Of a stretch of DNA of 64,000 bases, positions 43,057-50,353 are shown one piece after another. The stretch is from an uncultured Verrucomicrobiae bacterium (GTDB lineage Bacteria; Verrucomicrobiota; Verrucomicrobiia; Limisphaerales; UBA11358). The DNA is taken from contig CAWEAA010000006.1 in the NCBI GenBank assembly GCA_963806905.1, forward strand, positions 13,640-77,639, in the 5' to 3' direction. How positions within the stretch are numbered: the first letter of the stretch is position 1; each line of letters starts with the position of its first letter. The position numbers and the translations under genes are program-made. The notes beneath the pieces are model-generated. The model saw only the letters and a list, made by a program, of their open reading frames with translations. It searched no databases and had not been told where the DNA came from.

Positions 43057-43728
43057 ATGGCTGCTGAATACGATACAACCGAATTTGTGGACACCGATTT
43101 TCAAACCCAGAAATCGCCTTACGGAAACCCCGCGCCGGCCGGCGATCCGCTCCGCGCGCCCACGCGCGAGGAGGTGGACCGCAAGGTCGTCGAGGCGCAG
43201 CAAAAGCTCGCCGAACTCAAACGCGCGCAGGAGGGTTTGGAACGCGAACGCGCCGCGCTCGAGGAATTGCGCCGCCGCCAGAATGAATTTCAGACCGGCC
43301 GGCAGGAAATGGTGCACAGCCTCACCCGCGGCCTCGGCCTGCTCGAAGAAGCCGAGTTCAACGCCCGCCGCGACGCCGAGCAAATGGTCAAGACCGTCGC
43401 CGATTTCCGCGACGCCCTCGACAAAATCCAGGGCATCCATGAGGAAACCTGGAACAAGGATAATTTCAGTGTCGAACTCACGCGCGGACTGACCACCATC
43501 GAAAACGCGCGCATGGAATGGAACGCCGCGCGGCTCAAGTTTCCCATCCTGTCCGGCGAAACCCCGGCCAACCCGGAAACCGAAAGCGCGCCGCCGCCTG
43601 CCGCATCACCCTTCGCCACGCACAGCTTCGGCGAGCTGTGCAAGTTCGGCCTGGCGCTGACGTGGCCGCTGGCGCTCGTCGCGTTGCTCGCGCTGGGTTT
43701 GATGCTGGCCGTTTTGTTGCGTCACTGA
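43057..43728 (+). CDS. Hypothetical coiled-coil protein with C-terminal TM anchor
   Basis: 223 aa. Charged heptad-like region (EEVDRKVVEAQQKLAELKRAQEGLERERAALEELRRRQ) and a C-terminal TM (LALTWPLALVALLALGLMLAVLL). Confidence 0.5.
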   Translation: MAAEYDTTEFVDTDFQTQKSPYGNPAPAGDPLRAPTREEVDRKVVEAQQKLAELKRAQEGLERERAALEELRRRQNEFQTGRQEMVHSLTRGLGLLEEAEFNARRDAEQMVKTVADFRDALDKIQGIHEETWNKDNFSVELTRGLTTIENARMEWNAARLKFPILSGETPANPETESAPPPAASPFATHSFGELCKFGLALTWPLALVALLALGLMLAVLLRH

Positions 43729-43741
43729 AAGTTGAAGTCGT

Positions 43742-44260
43742 ATGGCGTTCGCGAAAAAAAAGGCGAAAACGGTTGACCCGATTTCCGACCGCGCACGCAC
43801 CTTGAACGGCCAGATCGCCGCGCTCGAAGCCGAAATCAAAAGGCTCGACACCGAAATTCAGCACAATCCCGCGCCGCGCCTGCGTTCCACCGCCATTCCG
43901 CATGGCGCGACCATTGACCGCACCCACGAACTGCCGCCGTCCCCGCCTGTGCAGGAACCGGTCTTTGAAGAGGTCAAACCGCTCCCGGCCAGCGACGAGA
44001 CTGACGCGCCCGACCAGTTCAACGAGCTCGGCGTGCGCAAATACGATCTGCCCGCGCTCCTCCATCGCCTGCGCAAGCGTTTCAGCCGGCCGACGGCTTC
44101 CAACCCGCGGCTCGTCACCTACTTGGCCGCTGGTGGCGTGCGCGGCTTGCGCCCGTTGCGTTACGAAAAACGCGTGGCGCGGAACCGGTTTATTCTTTTC
44201 GCCGGCGGCCTGTTCCTGCTTCTGCTCGGCACCATCCTGGTCTATCTGCACAACCATTGA
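43742..44260 (+). CDS. Hypothetical coiled-coil protein with C-terminal TM anchor
   Basis: 172 aa. A short coiled coil (LNGQIAALEAEIKRLDTEI) and a C-terminal TM (FILFAGGLFLLLLGTILVYL). Confidence 0.5.
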   Translation: MAFAKKKAKTVDPISDRARTLNGQIAALEAEIKRLDTEIQHNPAPRLRSTAIPHGATIDRTHELPPSPPVQEPVFEEVKPLPASDETDAPDQFNELGVRKYDLPALLHRLRKRFSRPTASNPRLVTYLAAGGVRGLRPLRYEKRVARNRFILFAGGLFLLLLGTILVYLHNH

Positions 44261-44272
44261 CCGAACACGCCC

Positions 44273-44791
44273 ATGAACAATCAACTCTTCCAACTGTCCA
44301 TTGCAACCCGCGCCGGCCAATTCATCGCACGCTACTCCGCCAAAGGACTGGCCGAACTGAAATTCCCGTCGGGTGGTAGGGCCGACCTACTGGTCGGCCA
44401 GGACGCGCGGCAGCGCGTCCCTACCAATAAAGTCCCTGCCCAAATCCTCCGCTGGCATCGGGCGACGGCGGCTGGATTGAAAAGTTCCCTGGCCGGGCGC
44501 AAACCAAAAAATTTGCCGCCGCTCGATTTGGCCGGAACTGAATTTCGGAAACGCGTCTGGAACGCGCTGCGGAAAATTTCCACTGGCCGGACTAAAAGCT
44601 ACGGCGAAATCGCGCAGGCGATTGGCAAGCCCAAGGCCGTTCGCGCTGTGGGCGGTGCGTGCGGGGCGAACCCGGTTCCAATCTTTGTGCCGTGCCACCG
44701 TGTCCTTGCGGCGAACAAAAAACTCGGTGGTTTCTCCGGCGGATTGGATTGGAAACGCAGCCTGCTCAAACGCGAGGGAATTGTATTTTAA
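44273..44791 (+). CDS. ogt: Methylated-DNA-protein-cysteine methyltransferase
   Basis: 172 aa with the active site PCHRVL and the SYGEIAQAIG helix. A 17-codon palindromic insert lies in the N-terminal domain. Confidence 0.88.
   Translation: MNNQLFQLSIATRAGQFIARYSAKGLAELKFPSGGRADLLVGQDARQRVPTNKVPAQILRWHRATAAGLKSSLAGRKPKNLPPLDLAGTEFRKRVWNALRKISTGRTKSYGEIAQAIGKPKAVRAVGGACGANPVPIFVPCHRVLAANKKLGGFSGGLDWKRSLLKREGIVF
44375..44425. repeat. GTAGGG...CCCTAC two-hairpin element in frame in ogt (archetype)
   Basis: Sequence is ggtaggg-[ggccgacc tact ggtcggcc]-a-[ggacgcgc ggca gcgcgtcc]-ctacc, exactly 51 nt. Translated GRADLLVGQDARQRVPT. Confidence 0.9.
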
Positions 44792-44799
44792 TTCCGCAT

Positions 44800-45303
44800 T
44801 TATTTTCCGCGAGCAATATCAATCTGCTGCTGGATGTGTTGATCCAAATGCATAGCAGATTCCGATAGAATATTTCTTATCGCCTCAGTTTGATCCATGA
44901 AGTTCTTATAAAGCATCAGCGCCTTGTGTGGGTCGGTCTCCTTCCGAAGCGAACTGAACCGCCGCTTCCAGCTTGGAATAGGATCTTTCCGATGCTTCCA
45001 GTCGTAGTTATCTTTTATCCATTGAACGTAAGCTCCGACTGTCTTAGCAGCACATTTATTTTCATGCGCAAATGCCTTTCCCTTTTCGGTAAAAGCAAAA
45101 GCCCAAGCCTGAGAATCAATGATAACCTGCTCTCTCGTCCTTGTGACGGGGCCGTCATCCGCCAAAAACTGGATGTTGTGATCTGTTTCTTCGACCGCTG
45201 ACTCAACATGGTCGGCCAAAGTTTTTGGAAGATTCAGCCCGAGGCCTTCGGAAACTTCACGCAGACGCTTACAAGCTAGCGCAAACAATTCAGGGAGCTT
45301 CAC
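44800..45303 (-). CDS. Hypothetical protein, low-GC cassette gene 2
   Basis: 167 aa. The GTG start lies 14 nt inside the upstream ORF. No recognisable motif. AT-rich relative to neighbours. Confidence 0.55.
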   Translation of the reverse strand: MKLPELFALACKRLREVSEGLGLNLPKTLADHVESAVEETDHNIQFLADDGPVTRTREQVIIDSQAWAFAFTEKGKAFAHENKCAAKTVGAYVQWIKDNYDWKHRKDPIPSWKRRFSSLRKETDPHKALMLYKNFMDQTEAIRNILSESAMHLDQHIQQQIDIARGK

Positions 45304-45790
45304 GAACGGGTTTGCCTAAATATTTCTTGGCCCGATGGGGCATGGTGTTCCGGCTTCCCCACGAATAAACCAGCGGCTTATATTGCTCCAAAATGTCGCA
45401 CGCATTCTGAAAGTAAAAGAGTGAAATAGCTGGCAGAATATTCTCGTGAGCGATTCCACGATGATAGACCTCATTTCTGAATGAATGGAGAATGACGATT
45501 GTGTCCTTGACGGTCTTGGAGATGAAACCTGTTTCGGCTGCAAGTTTGGCCTTGTCATCAAAGTTCTGCCCCATTGCTGCTGCGACCAGCTTGGGTGGAT
45601 ACTTTGGTTTCAGCATTCTTCCCCACATTTCATTAGCGGATGATTTGTCGGAAGCATATTGGTGCAGCGTCAGCTCCACCACATTGTCGACAAGCATCAG
45701 GGTGAACCGTTTGTAGTTCACATCATTGACGGCTAACTGGTCTAATGCCAGATCCATCTGCTCGACAACATTGGCGAGGAACTGCGTCAT
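45290..45790 (-). CDS. Hypothetical helical protein with HEPN-like RNxxxH motif, low-GC cassette gene 1
   Basis: 166 aa from the ATG at 45790, which overlaps the epimerase stop (ATGA); the ORF is open to 45850. Carries the motif ILHSFRNEVYHRGIAHE (R-x4-H). Confidence 0.55.
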   Translation of the reverse strand: MTQFLANVVEQMDLALDQLAVNDVNYKRFTLMLVDNVVELTLHQYASDKSSANEMWGRMLKPKYPPKLVAAAMGQNFDDKAKLAAETGFISKTVKDTIVILHSFRNEVYHRGIAHENILPAISLFYFQNACDILEQYKPLVYSWGSRNTMPHRAKKYLGKPVREAP

Positions 45791-46770
45791 GGATTTGTCA
45801 GCCGGATGATATCGCGCAACGGCGTGCGCGGGCGGAACTTCACGAAGCATTCGAGTTTTTTCACCAGCGGCTTGCGCCGCCGCATGTCGTCAAAAGTCGG
45901 CACGCCGCTGACGCCGTAGCCCGTGGACGAAACCGGATACGCCTTGTCATACGGCACGATTTGAATCTTCGATTTTGAGCCGAGGGTTTTGACTACCAGC
46001 CGCGCCAGTTCGAGGATGCTGATTTCCTCAGTGCCGCCGACGTTAAAAATTTCACCGCGCGCCTTCGGACAATTTTGCAGGCGCACCAATGCTTCCACCG
46101 CGTCGCGCACATGGCAAAAACACCGCGTCTGCCTGCCGTTGCCAAAGACTTTCAGCGGTTCGTTCTTTTTCGCCGCCGCGATGAAGCGGGGCAACACCAT
46201 GCCGTAACGCCCGGTCTGGCGCGGCCCGACGGTGTTGAACAGCCGCGCGATGGTGACGGGCAGGTTTTTTTCCCGCGCGTAGGCAAGCGCGAGGAATTCG
46301 TCAGTCAGCTTCGAGCACGCGTAACTCCAGCGTGACTGGCCGGGCGGGCCGATGAGCAAATCGTCGTCCTCGCCGAACGCCGGCTTCGCGCTCTTGCCGT
46401 AAACCTCCGAGGTCGAGGTCAGCAGGAGCGGCGTGCGGTTCGCGGCGGCGGCACGCAGCAAAATCTGTGTTTCGTGGAAGCTTGCTTCCAGAACGTGCAG
46501 CGCCGATTTGACCACGAGTTCAACGCCCACGGTCGCCGCCAGATGAAAAATAAATTCCGCATTTGCGGCCAGTTTTGGCAATTCGGCACACGTGGAAATT
46601 CTGGATTTGACGATTCGCAGCCGTAGATTCGATTTCACCGCCGCAAGATTTTCCAGCCGGCCGGTCGAGAGATCGTCAATGACGACGACGCGTCTGCCGT
46701 CGTTGAGCAGTCGTTCAACTAAATGCGATCCAATAAATCCAGCCCCACCTGTGATAAGGATATATTTCAT
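45787..46770 (-). CDS. NAD-dependent sugar epimerase/dehydratase
   Basis: 327 aa with the Rossmann motif ILITGGAGFIGSHL and a YxxxK context (WSYACSKL). Confidence 0.88.
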   Translation of the reverse strand: MKYILITGGAGFIGSHLVERLLNDGRRVVVIDDLSTGRLENLAAVKSNLRLRIVKSRISTCAELPKLAANAEFIFHLAATVGVELVVKSALHVLEASFHETQILLRAAAANRTPLLLTSTSEVYGKSAKPAFGEDDDLLIGPPGQSRWSYACSKLTDEFLALAYAREKNLPVTIARLFNTVGPRQTGRYGMVLPRFIAAAKKNEPLKVFGNGRQTRCFCHVRDAVEALVRLQNCPKARGEIFNVGGTEEISILELARLVVKTLGSKSKIQIVPYDKAYPVSSTGYGVSGVPTFDDMRRRKPLVKKLECFVKFRPRTPLRDIIRLTNP

Positions 46771-46800
46771 TCGCAGGATGGGTTAAGCTTCCAATTGACC

Positions 46801-46874
46801 GTAGCGGCGCCTCGGCAGAGCGCCGGTAGTTTCAAAAAATTCGAGAATGCGGCTCTCTGCCGAGAAGCCGCTAC
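46801..46874. repeat. GTAGCGGC...GCCGCTAC palindromic element (intergenic copy 2)
   Basis: Left arm is gtagcggcgcctcggcagagcgcc and right arm is ggctctctgccgagaagccgctac (21/24 complementary). Confidence 0.85.
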
Positions 46875-46915
46875 GCCGTCTCCGAATTTCGATTCACCGA
46901 TGCAACGGTTCGTTT

Positions 46916-48004
46916 TCATTTAAGTGCGTTCGCGATTGCTTCCGCCAGTTTCTGCCGGAACTCCGGGGATTCAATCAATTTTGCCTCGTGCGGATTGGAC
47001 AGGTACCCGCACTCGATGAGCACGGCGGGCCGGTGCTGGTCGTGCAGCACCCCGATGAACCGCGCGCGCCGCACCCCGCGGTCTTCCAGACCGGTAGTCC
47101 GCAGCAGTGCCGCGTGCAGGCGGACGGCGAGTTGCAAATTTTCGGCGTCGAAGCCGTTGTTGGAAAAATTATCCGACCAGAAATCGTTGTAACCGCGAAT
47201 CAGGGTTGAAGACATGCCCGTCGGTGTGAGGCAATACGTTTCGAGGCCGGCCTGTTTTTCGTTCGGCGCGGCGGAATTGAAATGCAGGCTGATGAACAAA
47301 TCCGCGTGATGCGCTTCGGCGCACGCGGCGCGGTCGTCCAGCGAAACGTCCACGTCGTTCGTGCGCGTGAGGAAGACCATCCAGCCGTTGGTCGCCAGCA
47401 AGGGCGCGAGCTGCAATGCCAGGTCGAGCGTGAATTCCTTTTCAAACCGGCCGTCGAGCACGCTGTGCGTGCCGGTATTCGACCCGCCATGGCCGGGGTC
47501 AATCACGATGACGCGGTTGGCGCTGAACGTCAGCGGCGGGTCGCACAAAAGCGGTTCAAGGTTTCTCTGCAAATCGAGTTCGTGCAGGAAAATCTGGCCG
47601 TCGATGAGTTGCGGTTCAAAACCGAGATTGATTTCGATGCCGTTCCAGGTCGCTTCGCGGCTGCCGATCTCCAAAATCATCACGCCGCTCGCCGAACCAA
47701 TTGCATACGTGGCCATCGGGAGACTGGACAGCAAATGCGGCGTACCGATTTTGTGTTCGGCAGCCCAGCGGCTGAGTGAGAGCCACGTTGTCACCGGCGC
47801 GGGGCGGACGGCGTTCGTTGGGGGCGGCTTCGGGTAAACGACTGGGGCGCTGGGCCGGGACGGTTGTGGAATTTGCAGTTGTTGAAGTTCATTAGTCGCC
47901 GCCCAGTCGGGCGGCAACGGTTCGTTGGGCGCGCGGTATGGCGTGGTCGCGCAGCCCGCCAAAAGAAATACCGCAATAAAAATGATGCCAGCCGGTTTTA
48001 ACAC
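46916..48004 (-). CDS. N-acetylmuramoyl-L-alanine amidase lipoprotein (AmiC-like)
   Basis: 362 aa with lipobox LLAGC. Amidase_3 blocks VIVIDPGHGGSNTG, LFISLHFNS and ECGYLSN. Confidence 0.85.
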   Translation of the reverse strand: MLKPAGIIFIAVFLLAGCATTPYRAPNEPLPPDWAATNELQQLQIPQPSRPSAPVVYPKPPPTNAVRPAPVTTWLSLSRWAAEHKIGTPHLLSSLPMATYAIGSASGVMILEIGSREATWNGIEINLGFEPQLIDGQIFLHELDLQRNLEPLLCDPPLTFSANRVIVIDPGHGGSNTGTHSVLDGRFEKEFTLDLALQLAPLLATNGWMVFLTRTNDVDVSLDDRAACAEAHHADLFISLHFNSAAPNEKQAGLETYCLTPTGMSSTLIRGYNDFWSDNFSNNGFDAENLQLAVRLHAALLRTTGLEDRGVRRARFIGVLHDQHRPAVLIECGYLSNPHEAKLIESPEFRQKLAEAIANALK

Positions 48005-48050
48005 GCGGCCATTGTGCGGAAGGCAAAGTCAGACTCAAGCTGTTTCCTCA

Positions 48051-48124
48051 TTTACGATTTGCGATTTACGATTGACGTGCGCGCCGGACCAAATCGCGTC
48101 AATCGTAAATCGTATATCGCAAAT
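48051..48124. repeat. tttacga-heptad hairpin repeat between divergent genes
   Basis: Left arm is tttacgatttgcgatttacgattgacg and right arm is cgtcaatcgtaaatcgtatatcgcaaat. The first 16 nt of the stem pair perfectly. Confidence 0.88.
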
Positions 48125-48187
48125 TTGCCGGCACGGAAACTTTGTTGTGCTTGCTGCGAATGGATTGCGCCGTCATCATTTGCGGGA

Positions 48188-48745
48188 GTGAAAATCTTGG
48201 TTGCCATCACCGGAGCCAGTGGCGCGCTTTACGCGCAGCGTCTGCTCGACAACCTCGACCCGCGCCGGCACGAACTGCACGTCGTGATGAGCAATTACGC
48301 GCAACAGGTCATTACCGAGGAATTGCCCGGCGGCCTGCGCCTGCCCGCCGGGGTCAAGACACACAACGTCAAAAGCATGAACGCGCCGTTCGCCAGCGGC
48401 TCGAATCCGCCGGATGCCATGGTCGTCATCCCCTGCACGATGGGCACGATGGGCCGCATCGCGCACGGTTACAGCGAGGACGTTTTGCTGCGCGCCGCCG
48501 ATGTGGTGTTGAAGGAACGGAAAAAGTTGATTCTGGTCCCGCGCGAAACGCCCTTGAGCCTCGTCCATGTCAAAAACATGGAATTGCTGCTGCAGGCCGG
48601 CGCGACGATTCTGCCGGCCAACCCGGGTTTTTATTCGAACCCGAAAACCGTCCAGGAAGTCGTGGACACCGTGGTCGCGCGGGTGCTGGACCATCTGGGC
48701 CTGCCGCAAAAACTTGTTTCGCGCTGGACCGAAGAAAAAGAATGA
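48188..48745 (+). CDS. ubiX: UbiX-family flavin prenyltransferase (MqnL-like in a futalosine-pathway organism)
   Basis: 185 aa from the GTG at 48188 (VKILVAITGASGALYAQRLL). The upstream part of ORF 48014 runs through a repeat and is not family-like. Confidence 0.85.
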   Translation: MKILVAITGASGALYAQRLLDNLDPRRHELHVVMSNYAQQVITEELPGGLRLPAGVKTHNVKSMNAPFASGSNPPDAMVVIPCTMGTMGRIAHGYSEDVLLRAADVVLKERKKLILVPRETPLSLVHVKNMELLLQAGATILPANPGFYSNPKTVQEVVDTVVARVLDHLGLPQKLVSRWTEEKE

Positions 48746-49257
48746 ATATGAAAAACGGGAAACGCTCAACATTCAACATTCAACATTCAACTCCCAAGGA
48801 TTCGGAGGCGAAGGTTTGGAAATTCAATGAAGGCGCAGGAGGAAATCGAAAGTTTGATCTGGAAGACCGGTTGCTGGAATTCGCCTCGGCAATCATTGAC
48901 CTATCCGAAATGCTTCCGGCCACACGCACGGGCAACCATGTGGCGGGGCAAATTTTGCGTTCCGGCACTTCGCCTTATCCCAATCACGGTGAAGCTGAAG
49001 CGGCCGAGTCTCGTGACGACTTTATTCACAAATTGAAGATCTGTCTCAAGGAATTGCGCGAAACCCGTCGCTGGGCAAGGCTGATCAAGCGGAAAGCCTG
49101 GGTGAAAAATGAAACTACACTCCTGTTTGTGCTGGGTGAGTGTGAAGAATTGATCCGCATCTTTCACTCGAGCATCCAGACCGCAAAGCGACATGCGCAG
49201 ACCGAACCGCCGCGGACGGCAGTTCCGTTGCGTCATTTTCCCAGCGCCACCGGCTGA
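48742..49257 (+). CDS. Four-helix-bundle protein (23S rRNA intervening-sequence protein / Avd-like family)
   Basis: 171 aa if started at the ATG overlapping the ubiX stop (ATGA). Family-like core: GQILRSGTSPYPNHGEAEAAESRDDFIHKLKICLKELRETRRW. The first 18 codons cross the repeat arm, so the start is uncertain. Confidence 0.7.
   Translation: MNMKNGKRSTFNIQHSTPKDSEAKVWKFNEGAGGNRKFDLEDRLLEFASAIIDLSEMLPATRTGNHVAGQILRSGTSPYPNHGEAEAAESRDDFIHKLKICLKELRETRRWARLIKRKAWVKNETTLLFVLGECEELIRIFHSSIQTAKRHAQTEPPRTAVPLRHFPSATG
48757..48795. repeat. aacattc-heptad repeat, left arm of a split hairpin
   Basis: Sequence gggaaacgctcaacattcaacattcaacattcaactccc. Its partner arm lies 463 nt downstream. Confidence 0.85.
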
Positions 49258-49258
49258 T

Positions 49259-49308
49259 GCTTCGATGTTGGGCGTTGAGCGTTGAGCGTTGAATGTTGAA
49301 TGTTCTCC
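49259..49308. repeat. aacattc-heptad repeat, right arm of the split hairpin
   Basis: Sequence gcttcgatgttgggcgttgagcgttgagcgttgaatgttgaatgttctcc. It starts 2 nt after the four-helix-bundle stop and contains the ubiA ATG. Confidence 0.85.
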
Positions 49309-50196
49309 TTTGCTAACAAATGGCTTGCCTTTGTGCGTTTCCCGCACACGGTTTTCGCCCTGCCATTTGCGCTGGCGGCGATGATGGTGGCGGCGCGCGA
49401 TAACCGCGGCTGGCCGGGCTGGAAGATTTTCGGACTGATTCTTGCCGCGATGATTTGTGCGCGAACCTGCGCGATGGCTTTCAATCGCGTCGTTGACAGA
49501 AAATTCGATGCGCTGAATCCGCGCACGGCCAGCCGCCACTTGCCGACCGGACAAATCTCGCTGACGAGCGCAATCGCACTCTGCACGCTCTCAGCAGCCG
49601 GTTTGATTGCCGTCAGTTATCTTCTAAATCCAGCGTGCTTTTACCTGTCGCCCATCGCATTGGTGGTGATTTGTTTCTATTCGTTTACAAAACGGTTCAC
49701 AGATTACACGCACGTTTTCCTGGGCCTTTCCCTAGCGCTCGCGCCGATCGGCGCGTGGCTGGCGGTCAAAGGCGCGGACGTTTCCGTTCTGGAAATTGTA
49801 CAGATGACCACGCTCGCGCTGGCCGTGGTGGTGTGGCTGGTCGGGTTCGACATCATTTACGCGCTGCAGGATTACGAGTTCGACAAATCGCACGGCCTGC
49901 ACTCGCTCGTGGTGGCGTGGGGACCGAAGAATGCGCTGGCGGCCGCGTTTCTGGCGCACATGATCATGTGCGGACTGCTGCTGCTGTTCGGATTGCTCTG
50001 CCAGTTCCGCATCGCGTATCTCGCCGGCTGGTTCGTCATCGTTGGCTGCCTGGTGTTGGAGCACTGGATTGCCCGCCGCCGCAGTCTGAACTGGATTAAC
50101 CTCGCCTTTTTCCGGCTCAACGCCCTCGTCAGCGCGGTGTTTTTGATTGTGACCGTGGCCGAAGTGGTGTTTCAGGGCGGATTCAAATTGCGGTGA
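49300..50196 (+). CDS. ubiA: UbiA-family aromatic prenyltransferase (MqnP-like)
   Basis: 298 aa. Motifs FPHTVFALPFA and ARTCAMAFNRVVDRKFDALNPRTASR; about 8 TM helices. Confidence 0.85.
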   Translation: MFSFANKWLAFVRFPHTVFALPFALAAMMVAARDNRGWPGWKIFGLILAAMICARTCAMAFNRVVDRKFDALNPRTASRHLPTGQISLTSAIALCTLSAAGLIAVSYLLNPACFYLSPIALVVICFYSFTKRFTDYTHVFLGLSLALAPIGAWLAVKGADVSVLEIVQMTTLALAVVVWLVGFDIIYALQDYEFDKSHGLHSLVVAWGPKNALAAAFLAHMIMCGLLLLFGLLCQFRIAYLAGWFVIVGCLVLEHWIARRRSLNWINLAFFRLNALVSAVFLIVTVAEVVFQGGFKLR

Positions 50197-50206
50197 GAGG
50201 AAGCCG

Positions 50207-50305
50207 GGGAACATTCAACGCTCAACATTCAACTTCCAACGCCCAACGGGATGCGTGCGAAACAGTTCGATATTGAGCGTTGAATGTTGAACGTTCGATG
50301 TTCCC
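50207..50305. repeat. aacattc-heptad hairpin repeat (copy 4)
   Basis: Left arm is gggaacattcaacgctcaacattcaacttccaacgcccaac and right arm is gttcgatattgagcgttgaatgttgaacgttcgatgttccc. 17-nt loop. Confidence 0.88.
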
Positions 50306-50353
50306 AAAACTTTCCCGGTAACATTTTTCGGGATTTGCTTCTGGGATGGGTGT

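Noticed and set aside
48014-48187. N-terminal 58-codon extension of the ubiX ORF
   Set aside because: The extension runs through the tttacga hairpin repeat (IYDLRFTIDV pseudo-peptide). UbiX homology begins at the GTG at 48188 (VKILVAITGASG).
25644-50305. aacattc repeat arrays as possible CRISPR arrays
   Set aside because: The units are contiguous 7-mers with no spacers and are arranged as inverted arms. No cas genes are present, and the repeat length is far below CRISPR range.
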